Shown piece after piece: positions 51,275 through 61,765 of a stretch of 64,000 nt of DNA. A program made the position numbers and the translations under genes. The notes beneath the pieces were generated by a model that was given only the letters and a program-made list of their open reading frames with translations, ran no database searches and was not told the origin of the DNA. The DNA is taken from positions 257,115 to 321,114 of the forward strand of contig JAVYWL010000002.1 of assembly GCA_038727135.1 (NCBI GenBank). Direction: 5' to 3'. Source of the DNA: Candidatus Bathyarchaeia archaeon (GTDB taxonomy: Archaea; Thermoproteota; Bathyarchaeia; Bathyarchaeales; Bathycorpusculaceae). Each line of letters starts with the position of its first letter. Position 1 is the first letter of the stretch.

Positions 51275-51775
51275 TTACGTGGTAAATTGTCCGCTCTTGA
51301 CTATATGGGGAATCGGATTTTCAGATGAACTGACTAGAAGGGTCTCCGAAAGCCGTAGTTGGCTTGTTCCCTCTCCTTTCACGTAGAATTCAACTGTAGC
51401 GAGGGTGCCGCTTCCACTCACGCCTGGAACATCACCGATTAAGGTGCAGTCTAAAATCAGACCGCCCACTTCAATGAATTTTTGGCTGAAAAAGGTTTGA
51501 CCATGATTCTTTAGAAAGATTCCTTCCGTAACACTGCTAAAATTTAAAACTTGCGGATTCCATTCCAGTTTAACCTGCCAGCCATATAAGTCGGCAACAT
51601 TTGAAATACTAATGTTAATCGTGATGAACTGCCCAACAGACCCTTTGACTGTTTGAGGGCTAACGTATAAAGTTGCTCCGGTTTCCGTTTTCTTAAAATA
51701 ATATAGGCATATAAATGCTACGACAAGAATGCAAATGACAGCCGCTGATATGCCAATTACCAATTTCTTATTCAT
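51275..51775 (-). CDS. Membrane-anchored cohesin-domain protein
   Basis: N-terminal TM; INISISNVADLYGWQVKLEWNP..V.EG.FL..GSGTLATVEF. Confidence 0.8.
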   Translation of the reverse strand: MNKKLVIGISAAVICILVVAFICLYYFKKTETGATLYVSPQTVKGSVGQFITINISISNVADLYGWQVKLEWNPQVLNFSSVTEGIFLKNHGQTFFSQKFIEVGGLILDCTLIGDVPGVSGSGTLATVEFYVKGEGTSQLRLSETLLVSSSENPIPHIVKSGQFTT

Positions 51776-51870
51776 CTGAACTCACCGCCAAGCTAGCTTT
51801 CTCTTCTATATCAGCTTTGATTCGCTTTACGAAATTTAGTCTTTTCTGATTTCGCGTTAAAAGCGTTAGG

Positions 51871-53188
51871 ATGACGGTTACCAAGATTAAAACCATGACG
51901 CCGCTTTGGTCTTACGAAACTACGGGCTCGGTGACTTCGGTCGACATTACTCCAGATGCCAAATACGTAGCGGTGGCAGCGAGAGACAAAATATATGTTT
52001 TCGACAGTAGCGGAAATAAGTTGTGGGAAAACTACCTCTATGATCTGTACTCCGGGCCAACTCCTGATGTTGACGTTGAAGATGCGGCCATATCACACGA
52101 TGGAAGTTATGTGGCAGCCGTGGGAGGCGACAGCCTATGCTTATACAACAAAACAGGCGATCTTCTCTGGACAGTTTTCACACCTACTTACGCTTCTTAC
52201 ACGTACCTCGTTGCAATTTCATCTGATGGCCAATACATAGCGATAACGGATAGCGACGTGGTGGTCACATTATACAATGTAGCGGGTCAAGTCTTATGGT
52301 ATAAGGAGTTAGGTACTGTTAGGTAGCTACTCAGTCCCATACGAGGGTGACAGCTTCTTATGCACAGCGATTTCCGCTAACGGCGCATATATCGCAGCTG
52401 GATGCCAAGATGGCAAAGTTTACTTCTTCAGCAGCAATAACCCGCCAACCATCACCTCTGGTAGAGTATATCCATTGGTGGGATATGAAAATGCCACTTT
52501 CACGTATGAGGCAAGCTATAAAGACATCGATAATGACCCGCCAGCCTACGTAAAAGTATACATTGACGGCGTAGGCCATAATATATGGGGCTATATGAGT
52601 GGAGTATACCAGACAGGCGCCAAATTTCAATATTAAACAAAGCTGAACCCAGGCTACCATTATTTCTACTTCGAGACGCTCGACGCACGAGGAGGATATA
52701 ACAAAACAATCGAGTTTTCCGGACCCTATGTAATACCACAAACATCAGAATACACCTTCAACATTACAGTTGATGGAACAACCTTCCTAATCAAAATTTT
52801 CAGCAACTCATACATAACAGACTTCACCTTTAACCAAGCAGCCATACAAATCAGCTTCATGATTTACGGCGAAACCGGAACACAAGGCTACTGCAACATC
52901 ACAATACCGAAGGCCTACATCAAAGGAGAGCCATGGACCGTCAAACTCAACCAAACAACAATCGACTACATTTTAACCCAAAACCAAACACACTACTCCA
53001 TATACATAAACTACACATTTACAAGCCTATACCAAGTGACGATAGAAGGAACATGGGTAATACCAGAATTCCCATCAAACATTATTATATTACCCTTCAT
53101 GTTAATCACCGCTATTACACTAATAATGCTTAAAAGAAAAAGACAAAAACCCCTAAACTCCTCCAATTTTTCTATTATCCACCGGTAA
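51871..53188 (+). pseudogene. Disrupted cell-surface beta-propeller protein with PEF-type C-terminal anchor
   Basis: WD40/PQQ-like repeats (51871-52326), further fragments in other frames, and C-terminal VIPEFPS + TM + KRKR (52859-53188). Confidence 0.7.
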
Positions 53189-53195
53189 TGGAAAC
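53168..53195. repeat. Site C
   Basis: TTTTCTATTAT CCACCG GTAATGGAAAC. Confidence 0.75.
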
Positions 53196-53277
53196 AATAG
53201 AAAAGCGCTGATAAGATTTTTGGAAGAAATATGTTAGTTTGTGTTGATGACTGGATGCTCGTAACTTTAAAATCGCG

Positions 53278-53869
53278 TTAAATTAGGGATGGGTTTACCT
53301 CGTATGTTATTCCTTCTTTTGTGGGGTTATTTATGTGTGGGTTTATTATTCCTCCGCCTTTGAACTCAACTATAAGTTTGTTCATGTTTACTTTTAGTCC
53401 ATGTTTTTCTGCGGCTTGCTTTATCGTGTGGGGCGTGATTTTTACTATTGTGTGGGGGTCTTTTTGGCTTATTATTTCTCGTTATTTCATTGAAAACTGT
53501 CAGCATTTTGTCAGCGTCTGGCTCTGCTATCTCTTCTAAGTATTTTTTGACAGCTAATTCAGGTTTCCATTCACCCGTTTCTTTTGCATGATTTATCAGG
53601 TGTCTTATTACATTTGGCATTTCATAGGTTTCGCCGGGTTTAGCGTTAAGTATTCTGTCTTGCCATGCAAGTGACAAGAGGTTCTTAGACGTTTTAACTG
53701 GTAGAAGCAATCTTTCCTTATATGCTAAAAGTAGTAGGCTTCGCTTAGTCTCTTCGTCACAGTCTACTTCTTCATAGGATATTATTCCTTTCTCTGATGC
53801 TGATGCTAACATGGCTGCTAGAAGGCTTGTTTGTTCTCCTGGAAATTTCCTCTTCAAAACTTCCCTCAA
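53278..53869 (-). pseudogene. Hypothetical protein, frameshifted near 53480
   Basis: ORF continues in another frame as ...KITPHTIKQAAEKHGL...EFKGGGIINP...YEVNPSLI stop. Confidence 0.65.
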
Positions 53870-53918
53870 TCTGTTTAGCTTTTCATCATTCTCAGCTCAA
53901 AAAATGGGGGAAATGATT

Positions 53919-54290
53919 TTAGCGTGCAACGAATGGTTTTTTAACAGGTTCCACCGCCCTTAGAGTCGCTATTTTTGGCATGTAGTGGCTTATTGTTAGT
54001 ATTGTTCCCCATGTGGCTAGTGTGACAACCGACATGGCTGAGCCTACAGTGGCCATTTCATGAAGCATTACTGGTATGTCTGCAGGGTTCGCCATTGCCG
54101 TTAAGAATGGCGGCCACGGGACAACTTCAGCATGCCAAACATGCTCCAATGCCAGTAGAATAACTCCGCCCCATAACAACGCATTGAGGATCCAAAGCTT
54201 CAACTTTTCAGCTAGGTTTCGCGCAGTCTTCTGTATTATGGACGTTATTATTGCCAGAGCCATCGGAACTAAAAAGCAAGCCACCCTCAT
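53919..54290 (-). CDS. Small 3-TM membrane protein (LLWGG...EHVWH)
   Basis: Hydrophobic segments with His residues; GGAGG upstream. Confidence 0.8.
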   Translation of the reverse strand: MRVACFLVPMALAIITSIIQKTARNLAEKLKLWILNALLWGGVILLALEHVWHAEVVPWPPFLTAMANPADIPVMLHEMATVGSAMSVVTLATWGTILTISHYMPKIATLRAVEPVKKPFVAR

Positions 54291-54297
54291 TCCTCCG

Positions 54298-54325
54298 GTA
54301 ACACTAAGCTTATATTTCGTAATAC
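54298..54325. promoter_or_regulatory. NikR-like operator 1 over the divergent promoter
   Basis: GTAACAC-N14-GTAATAC enclosing TTATAT. Confidence 0.55.
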
Positions 54326-54352
54326 CGATATAAGCCTATCGGAGGAAAAAGT

Positions 54353-54649
54353 ATGTGGCTCATTATTCTATCATTTGCAGCAGCAGTCGCCACTCCAATA
54401 TGGTATGCTAAAGCTGAGGAAGATAAGTATATGCTTAGGCTTCTCTGCCTAATACTTTGGGGGGCAACAATAATGGTGTTTGTCGACCATGTAATGGGTT
54501 TTCTAATGGAAGGCGGAGAATTCTTTGAATTAACTGCTGAAGCGACGGTTTTAGGCCTCGTCATGTTGACAGCCGCGCTTGTTGTCTGGGAGATCGCCTT
54601 ACTCCTTAAGGATCCAAAGGGCATACTATACAAAAAGAAGAGCGAGTAG
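54353..54649 (+). CDS. Small 3-TM membrane protein (ILWGA...DHV), apparent paralogue of the divergent neighbour
   Basis: Similar TM layout and LWG..[ED]H motif; GGAGG upstream. Confidence 0.8.
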   Translation: MWLIILSFAAAVATPIWYAKAEEDKYMLRLLCLILWGATIMVFVDHVMGFLMEGGEFFELTAEATVLGLVMLTAALVVWEIALLLKDPKGILYKKKSE

Positions 54650-54766
54650 ACGTTACCCCTATATTTTTATCTTCAATTCATTGAAATGTCTTCATAAAAT
54701 CTAAAAATGCTGACCAGTCATCCGTGAACTGTTACAAGTTTTATTTGTTAACTCCTGAATAAAACA

Positions 54767-54794
54767 GTGTTACGATAATATATAAAAGTAACAC
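54767..54794. promoter_or_regulatory. NikR-like operator 2 over the TATA box
   Basis: Perfect GTGTTAC-N14-GTAACAC enclosing ATATATAAAA. Confidence 0.6.
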
Positions 54795-54821
54795 CGATAT
54801 TCAATATCTAATTGTGAAAAC

Positions 54822-55151
54822 TTGTCAAGTGAGCTATCCACGGAAATTAGAAAGTTTGAGGTTAGGCTTCAAGAATTTGTAAAGGCTGAAGATGAAGCAA
54901 TCAAATCATTAACAGCCTTCATAGGAAAAGTTAAGGAATTAAACAAACTCCTAGAAGCACAATTAAAGGAGAATAAGCCAAGAAAAATCGAAAACGTCAT
55001 GTATCTCCGATTTGAAATTATCAAAGCCCTCCAAAACGCTCTAAACCGCATAGCCAAAGCCGAACATGAAAAAAGCCACCTTCCACAATCATACGGGTCA
55101 ATTCTAGCAACCATAGAAGAACTAACCAAAGCATTACTAAAAACTAAGTAG
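54822..55151 (+). CDS. Coiled-coil hypothetical protein
   Basis: Helical ORF with EHEKSH motif, downstream of a TATA box. Confidence 0.65.
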   Translation: MSSELSTEIRKFEVRLQEFVKAEDEAIKSLTAFIGKVKELNKLLEAQLKENKPRKIENVMYLRFEIIKALQNALNRIAKAEHEKSHLPQSYGSILATIEELTKALLKTK

Positions 55152-55155
55152 CTCA

Positions 55156-55183
55156 GCCTCTGTTGGTCACCGTTAATGGAACA
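55156..55183. repeat. Site D
   Basis: GCCTCTGTTGG TCACCG TTAATGGAACA, 4 bp after a stop codon. Confidence 0.75.
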
Positions 55184-55309
55184 ATAAAATTTGCATAATA
55201 AATGTGTCCGTTGGATTTTAAACGAGGTGTAGAAAGAAATCGGTAGGTTTTATTAGTTTGATGGTTCTTTTTAAATTTTAAACGGGTTTGTGCTGAGGGA
55301 TGCGGTAGA

Positions 55310-55477
55310 ATGGTGAAGAGGAGGGTTTGTTTTATGTGTGGTAAGGAGCTTTCGGAGGGTGAGGCTGTTCCCGTTTATAAGGAGGTTTTGGATCGTGAGT
55401 CTGGCGAGTTGAAGTCTGTTTTGGATTATTATTTGTGTAAATCTTGTTATGCTATTGTGAAGAAAAGAACCGTATAG
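55310..55477 (+). CDS. 55-aa zinc-finger protein, absent from ORF track
   Basis: MVKRRVCFMCGKEL...YYLCKSCYAIVKKRTV, two CxxC motifs. Confidence 0.7.
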   Translation: MVKRRVCFMCGKELSEGEAVPVYKEVLDRESGELKSVLDYYLCKSCYAIVKKRTV

Positions 55478-55490
55478 TGTGGATGTGAAG

Positions 55491-56450
55491 TTAAACCGAG
55501 TCTTTTACTTTTTCTAATGCTTCTTCCGGGTTTTTGGCTTCTATTATCCGGATTTTGTATAGGTTTGCGAGTCTTTTTCCGTTTTCGCTTATTTTTGGCA
55601 TGGCTATTAGGATGGTCTTTTCTATGTTTGAGTCGTAGGCTTTTGCGAACATGTCTATTATGGCTTGTTCTTGGACTGGTTTCTCGTCTGTTGATGTTGA
55701 TATGTTGATGGCTATTTTGTAGGGTTTTCTTCCATTGTTGTAGGCTATCATGTCGAACATGTGTCTAACTCCGGAGCGGCCTTCAACAAATCCTGGAGTT
55801 TCCACTTTGAAGCCTCTGTCTTCCAACAGTTTTCCAATAGGTGCTAAAATAGCCCAGTCCATTGCCACGATTTTGACCAACTCCTCGTTTAGGCTGTATA
55901 TGTAAGCATCTTTTAATTTGGCGTCTTCAAATGTGAATTTTGTTTGGCAGCTTCTGCAGAAGTGTCTTGGAACTGGTATGTCAAAGCTTTTCCCGCATTT
56001 GTTGCATGTGCACCAAACACCAGCCCTTCTAAAGTCGACTTCTATCTCATCTAATTTGCGCCCACATTTAGGGCAGGTAAGCCCATCCTTTTTGCGGAAT
56101 TTCTCTTCAACATCTATGTATCCGCACTTAACATGTTCGATGAGGGAGCTTCTTTCGATGTCAAAAGACCCGCAGAAAGGGCAGGAGTAGAGAATGGAAA
56201 CGTTTACGGATTCACATTTTGGACAGCAGACGATCTTATCGTAAAGCTGCCGCTTCAAAATTCCGCATTCATGAAGCTTTGATAAAAACTGTTCCGCGCT
56301 TTCCGAATCCCCGACTATTTCTTCAACCTCTGGATAAACAAGCACCTTTTTCAAGTCAAAAAGTGGGGTTAGGGCTTTAACCTTCCCGCTCATAAATTTG
56401 TTGAGGAGGGCTTGAACACGCCTGTCATTAAGCGGGTCGCTAAAATTCAT
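55491..56450 (-). CDS. TackOD1-like multi-Zn-ribbon protein with C-terminal restriction-endonuclease-like domain
   Basis: CPKC..CPFC..EHVKCG..CPKC..CNKC..CRSC series, then GRSGVRHMFD. Confidence 0.75.
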   Translation of the reverse strand: MNFSDPLNDRRVQALLNKFMSGKVKALTPLFDLKKVLVYPEVEEIVGDSESAEQFLSKLHECGILKRQLYDKIVCCPKCESVNVSILYSCPFCGSFDIERSSLIEHVKCGYIDVEEKFRKKDGLTCPKCGRKLDEIEVDFRRAGVWCTCNKCGKSFDIPVPRHFCRSCQTKFTFEDAKLKDAYIYSLNEELVKIVAMDWAILAPIGKLLEDRGFKVETPGFVEGRSGVRHMFDMIAYNNGRKPYKIAINISTSTDEKPVQEQAIIDMFAKAYDSNIEKTILIAMPKISENGKRLANLYKIRIIEAKNPEEALEKVKDSV

Positions 56451-56455
56451 TGCCG

Positions 56456-56926
56456 TTATTCCCCGCTCTGAGCAGGTTGAAACTCAAACTCGCATGCTTT
56501 ACCTTCAAAAGAGGCGCATTTCCGCTCTTTTACAGCAATATTTCTGCTAAGCAGCTCTGATAGGAAGCCGCCTAAAAAATTTGACAAAAAATAGCAGCCA
56601 ACTATACCGCCGGACCTCCTTGTCCGAGTTTCAAGGGAATTTTTAACGCAAAGCCTTCCAGCTCCCTCGTCAGCATCTATATAAGCGACAGTGAACTCAC
56701 CCCAGTTCCATCCAGTTAAAATTTGGCAAAGCCTTTCAAGCGTGTCTTCTACGCCCAGGTTTTGGCTTTTCATTTTAAGGCAAAAAAGTTTCCCGCAAGA
56801 CTTAGCCATGGCGGCAACAATAACCACGGCGCCTGAAGCAAAGAGCTGTTCAAGGGCTCCCTCCATTTCAGCCAACATCTCAAACTCTATGAAGAACCCG
56901 CCATTCTGCTCAAGAACACTCTTCAT
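56456..56926 (-). CDS. V4R-domain protein
   Basis: NWGEF, NSLE, C..LSNFLGGF, VKERKC...ACEF. Confidence 0.8.
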   Translation of the reverse strand: MKSVLEQNGGFFIEFEMLAEMEGALEQLFASGAVVIVAAMAKSCGKLFCLKMKSQNLGVEDTLERLCQILTGWNWGEFTVAYIDADEGAGRLCVKNSLETRTRRSGGIVGCYFLSNFLGGFLSELLSRNIAVKERKCASFEGKACEFEFQPAQSGE

Positions 56927-56941
56927 CTACATCACGCCTAA

Positions 56942-57241
56942 TCACTTCGGAACAGCCCAATTCCTATATTCAATGTATATGCCTATCAACGTCAATATCC
57001 CACCCAAAAGCATAAGCAATCCGCCAGCAGCATGCGCCTCAAAACCTCCAACACTCAAAAAATACTTTAGCGAGAAAATAGATGAGCCAAAAGCAAGGGA
57101 TAAAACCCCCAAACAAACAAAACGCCAAGGTCTACCCATAACACCACCCTTAAAAACACGCATCAAACGACACGCAAAATAAACAAGGCAAACATTAACA
57201 ACTAAGGCGATCACGTTCAACACAACATGAAACATCTCCAT
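56942..57241 (-). CDS. Small 3-TM membrane protein
   Basis: Three hydrophobic helices, FKGG..PWR motif; first gene of a three-gene operon. Confidence 0.75.
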   Translation of the reverse strand: MEMFHVVLNVIALVVNVCLVYFACRLMRVFKGGVMGRPWRFVCLGVLSLAFGSSIFSLKYFLSVGGFEAHAAGGLLMLLGGILTLIGIYIEYRNWAVPK

Positions 57242-57350
57242 AAACCATCACTCCTTAAACCAAACACATAGACATCAAAATCAAACACTTTAAAATTATG
57301 AAACACAAATTCAGATAAAAAATCAAAAAACAAAAAGCACCACAACAAAT

Positions 57351-57378
57351 CTTTCCTTTAGTAGTCGTTAATGGAAAT
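57351..57378. repeat. Site E
   Basis: CTTTCCTTTAG TAGTCG TTAATGGAAAT. Confidence 0.78.
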
Positions 57379-57561
57379 AGGCGTTTTCTAAAGTAGCTCT
57401 TGCGTGTGGTTAGGTCCGTTTTTACGTTGAATGAAAGTTTATCTCGTTACGATTGCAAGACTTATCATAATGGTCGTCAAGCTTAGCTGTATTTTGGATA
57501 CGTATTCACGTTTAACAATCTTTTAATTGTTAGGTTGAACCCTTCATATCGGTGTTTACTA

Positions 57562-59228
57562 TTGAAGGTCGGTATTAAATATGAAAGGTTGCAATCCCTT
57601 CTGATCGTAGCTTCTATATTATTGTCTGTTGCTAGCGTGGCGAGCACTTTAGTGGTTGGTGTGGCAGCTTACACGGGTGTTGCTAAACCAATGGAGTTTA
57701 CTTCCATTATAGTAGCACTCCTGTGCATGTGGCTGGTTTAGAAACACATTATATTTTGAACACAAGCAAAGTTTTCCAGGCCTATAACAATTCCTTCTAT
57801 AAGCCTGTAGGTCTCCCAAAAATTGTTGTTGACTTTTACCTATATCCAAATTTTGCTGGGCCTGCGGAGATCAATGGTTCCTGGCAGGTTTTTATTTGGG
57901 CAAACTCCTCTGCCTATAAACCAGCAACATTTGCGCTTCATTTTAAGGAGATAACCGTCGGTGGCGCAGTCCTTTGGGATTCGGGACTACTAAGTCCGAT
58001 GGTGACCAGCACCATTGGAAGCTACTTGGATGTTCCAGTATACTGCTATAACCTCACAGTTTCGCTTGCACATGTATTTAACACGGATTCAACTTTGCTT
58101 GTTGAAGTTGAGGTTAATGCTGGCTCCTCGGCTGATACAAGGATATGGTTTGACTCGCCACAGTTTCCGAGTAAGGCGATACTGCCCGCCAGAGACTATG
58201 CAAGACCGGCATGGATCAAAACTTATTCAGTAGATGGTTCGGAAACAAACATGTTCTACTATAATGTTAGCGAGAACGAGCGCAAAGTAATTGTCCGCGT
58301 AAACGTAACTGACCCCTTTGGAGGATGCGACGTATACAAGGTGAACATAACCATTATTGACCCTGAAGGCAACCGAGTCATAGATAATAATGACATGGTT
58401 AGGGTCTCGAATGGCTTATGGTTTATAAAATACTCCAACGTTTTCGAGTTGAACTGGACTTATCCTTCAACTGTTCCATTGGGCAACTACACAGTAATCG
58501 TAACAGTCATCGATAACAACGGATATTATCATTACGTTGAAACGGGAACTTACCAACCATTCATTGAGGAAGAAACTCACACCTTCACCATGGGCATAAT
58601 AGTCTATTACAATCCATCATTCCTAATAACTGATGATATAGGCGACCCATTACCAGAAGCACAAGTTTATGTTACGTGGCGAAACGGCACAACAGATAGG
58701 CTACCACGTTACACATCAGCTGAGGGCTATATAAACCTAACAGACGTCCAGCCAGGAAATTACGGATTCACAATACTGTGGAAGGATGTTATTGTAAGCC
58801 AAACCACCATATACGTTGACTCCGATGGACCATACACTATAAGGACAAAGGTCTATCAGCTAACAGTAAACCTTTATGGAAACGATGGCAAACCAATTCA
58901 TGGAGCCTACGTAATCGTCTATACAATGTCGGGTGTTGGATACGGTCTTGACATAACAGACGCGGCGGGCAAAGCCACCTTTAAGCTGCCATCAGGATCA
59001 TACCGAATAGAAGTCTACTACACAACTGATTACTGGCTAACAACGGTTAAATCCACAGCCACAGAACAAGCCACCATAACATCATCAACAACAAAAGGCA
59101 TAGTATTATCAAACTTCCCGCCAGCAATATGGACAACAACAGGATTCCTACTACTAATTGCAATCATCATAGCTGCCATGATAGCTGCAGCTTACACCAT
59201 AATCACCATCCATAGAAAAGCCCGTTAA
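57562..59228 (+). pseudogene. Cell-surface Ig/carboxypeptidase-regulatory-like protein; signal peptide separated by a frameshift at the T-run 57697-57699
   Basis: Adding one T joins ..VAKPMEF to YFHYSSTPVHVAGLET; C-terminal TM + RKAR. Confidence 0.75.
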
Positions 59229-59348
59229 AACAAAATCATCGGCAAATGTCATTAAACCAGCCGAGAACCAAGTTTCCTCATTTTCCACTTTATTGACTGA
59301 GCAGCACACACCACAACTTTACTGTTAGTCGCTAAGCGCAAATATAGC

Positions 59349-59376
59349 CACTCTTTTAGACGTTACTAACAGAAAA
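59349..59376. repeat. Site F (preceded by a truncated left arm plus spacer at 59318-59334)
   Basis: CACTCTTTTAG ACGTTA CTAACAGAAAA; upstream half-site TTTACTGTTAG TCGCTA. Confidence 0.75.
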
Positions 59377-59455
59377 ATGTCTTAAAACGAATAAAGTTTA
59401 TAATTTATGCGTGTGTCGTGGTGTTACTTGGGTCTGGAATTATAAAGTCTTCATT

Positions 59456-59767
59456 TTATTTTCTTTGGCTGATTTCTCTCATGAAGTCTGCAAGTTTAGC
59501 GTTTTTGGCTTCTTCGTATTTTATTCCAAGTTTGAGGCATAAGTTTTTTAGGATGGCGTTTTCAATTATTTTTGCTCCAGCGCCAAAAAGCCTGTTCAGA
59601 AATTCTGTAAAAAGTTCTGGGTTTTCTGGAATGTCTTCTTTTCTGAGGGCATAGGAGCTTTTAAGGTAATAGTAGACGACTTCCTTTCCACTTTCGCCTA
59701 AGGTGGTTTGTAGGGCTTCGTCTATCGCTTCAATAAGAACGGTGTTAAACTCTTTTTTAGATGTCAC
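59456..59767 (-). CDS. NitrOD5/DUF3227-like small protein
   Basis: EAIDEAL..LGESG..YYYL...IPENPE.F...L..LFGAGA.IIE. Confidence 0.7.
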   Translation of the reverse strand: MTSKKEFNTVLIEAIDEALQTTLGESGKEVVYYYLKSSYALRKEDIPENPELFTEFLNRLFGAGAKIIENAILKNLCLKLGIKYEEAKNAKLADFMREISQRK

Positions 59768-59780
59768 TATTTTCCCAACA

Positions 59781-61298
59781 TTAGATTATTGGTGTGAGTT
59801 TAGGCATGGCATAACCTTTTGAGGTGTCCATTTCAAGGGCGTAAAAGCATGTCCTTGGTTTAACCCCGCAGACAATTATGGTTCCATGTTCGCGTGTGAT
59901 TTTTAGGTGTATGTCTGCGATTGCGCCAAGAGTTTTGGCTAATTGGGGGTAGCCTGGCTTAAGAAGGATTATGCCCAGGCCTCCATTCTCCTTTATCCAT
60001 GTAGCATCCATTTTCAAAATGGAGATTGTTTCCTTTATTCCATACACATCTGTAAGCATGTCTACCCCTGTAATGCGCAACACTGGCTGGCCTGTTCTTT
60101 CCACCAGTTCCCGCTCTATCTCCATATACCTTTTATAGTCCTCTGAAATGTTCTCGCCCTTAAACGCTACAAGGTAGGGTTCCTGTTTGATTCCGGGATA
60201 ATCTTCTTTAATGCCTACTCTTAAGAGGCTGTTTATCTCGTCAAGTGTTAAACCTCCTTCCTCAGCCCTCTTTTTAATGAGGTTGTGGTCCACTCCTGCT
60301 GATGGAATTATAATTATGCCTCTTCCTTGAGTGGCAAAGTTCCATGCTGTTGGAACCGCGATAAGGTGATATTGCAGCGTTGAAACGTGCTCGCTAATTT
60401 CGATGAGAACAGGCGAGCCTCTTGGGTAGCCTCCACCCAGCATCTCATCCAAGCTGGGTATGCCTGATGAGAAGAACTGATCAGTGTCTGGTTGAGGCTT
60501 GAACCTGCATGGCTTATCAACAGGCTTAGCTTTGAAGGGTGGAAACGCTTTGAAACCATCCTTAAGCGTAAACACTAATCGTGTTTCTGGAAGCGGTGTC
60601 CCCCTCATCTTGAACAGTGTGATCTCTCTTAGGGGTCTACCCATTAGACTGCTTCTTCCCATGTGGATTATGCCGTCGGCAACGAATCCTTCTACGCCAA
60701 AAACTACCTTATCCTTATCGTTCATGCATGAGTTCTCGACGATGATTAATGTTGTGCAGCCTTGAAGCCTACAAACCTTACTTAAAACAGTGTGTAAAAA
60801 TACCCTTACTTCATGAGGTTCCTTGAACGCCTGAGCAAGAGCGGAGAACGGATCTACTACGAGGCGTTTCGCCCCTAACTCCGTTACCTCTCTCAAAATT
60901 AACTCAATAACCTCTGGAATGCCTCCCTCCTTAACCGTTAAAAGGTCTAAGAACCGGAACTTTCCACTATCCTCAAGCTTTCTAAAATCATATCCAAAAC
61001 TTCTCATATTCTCGTAGAAGGCGTCCTTGCTTTCAGCAAAGCTCACGTAAACGCCGTTATCATCATACTCCACACATCCACGATAAAGAAACTGAGCGGA
61101 AAAAATCGTTTTGCCAGATCCAGGACAACCAACCAGAACGATCAAGCTGTTCTTAGGAAATCCTCCCCCAAGGACAGCATCAAACCCTTCAACGCCAGTG
61201 GGAACGAGACGCTTTCTCAAATTATCATCGCTAAACACTTTTTCATTTTCATTAAACATTTTTAAATCCAACTTTGCTAAAGAATGGTTTCCAAGCAA
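59781..61298 (-). CDS. KaiC/RAD55-like ATPase with degenerate second (GvpD-like) domain
   Basis: PTGVEGFD..LGGG, GCPGSGKT, DGII, KMRGT; second SSGIPSLDEMLGGG repeat lacks Walker A. Confidence 0.85.
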   Translation of the reverse strand: MLGNHSLAKLDLKMFNENEKVFSDDNLRKRLVPTGVEGFDAVLGGGFPKNSLIVLVGCPGSGKTIFSAQFLYRGCVEYDDNGVYVSFAESKDAFYENMRSFGYDFRKLEDSGKFRFLDLLTVKEGGIPEVIELILREVTELGAKRLVVDPFSALAQAFKEPHEVRVFLHTVLSKVCRLQGCTTLIIVENSCMNDKDKVVFGVEGFVADGIIHMGRSSLMGRPLREITLFKMRGTPLPETRLVFTLKDGFKAFPPFKAKPVDKPCRFKPQPDTDQFFSSGIPSLDEMLGGGYPRGSPVLIEISEHVSTLQYHLIAVPTAWNFATQGRGIIIIPSAGVDHNLIKKRAEEGGLTLDEINSLLRVGIKEDYPGIKQEPYLVAFKGENISEDYKRYMEIERELVERTGQPVLRITGVDMLTDVYGIKETISILKMDATWIKENGGLGIILLKPGYPQLAKTLGAIADIHLKITREHGTIIVCGVKPRTCFYALEMDTSKGYAMPKLTPII

Positions 61299-61384
61299 AA
61301 TTTATAGTTTACGAATTTACAATTAACTTTACAAAAATAAAGCAAACAGCTATATCTTAACACCATCCAGTAAAATAGGGGAAA

Positions 61385-61680
61385 GTGCAGCGCGAAAAAA
61401 GGCGCCAAGAAGCATAAAAATTCTGGGAAAAGCATTCACAATAGAGATACTGGAATCTCTAAGCGAATGTCCAAAAAGATTTACAGACCTAAAGGAATCT
61501 TGCTCAAACGACAAAACAAGAGCTGAAAGAATTAAAGCCTTAAAAAGAGGCCGCTTCATCGAAGCCAAACTAATAGAAATTGAAGGACGAAGCACAGTCT
61601 ATTACACCCTCACAAACAGAGGAAAAGAGGCCTTAAACCTACTTAAACGCCTCGAAAACATGGTTTCGGAAGAACAATAG
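61385..61680 (+). pseudogene. HxlR-type winged-HTH regulator, frameshift in A6 run near the start; absent from ORF track
   Basis: IKILGKAFTIEILESLSECPKRFTDL...VYYTLTNRGKEAL; GTG at 61385 joins in frame if one A is added. Confidence 0.7.
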
Positions 61681-61711
61681 TCTAACGATAAAATTGTTTT
61701 AATTGTTTCAT

Positions 61712-61739
61712 GTTTCGGTTAGTGTCTCCTAACAGAACT
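61712..61739. repeat. Site G
   Basis: GTTTCGGTTAG TGTCTC CTAACAGAACT. Confidence 0.78.
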
Positions 61740-61765
61740 TGGGTAGTAATTTTAGTTTTACGTTT

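Noticed and set aside
61391-61402. Programmed -1 frameshift at GAAAAAAG
   Set aside because: The A-AAA-AAG heptamer is not in the reading frame of the GTG start; mutation or sequencing error is more likely.
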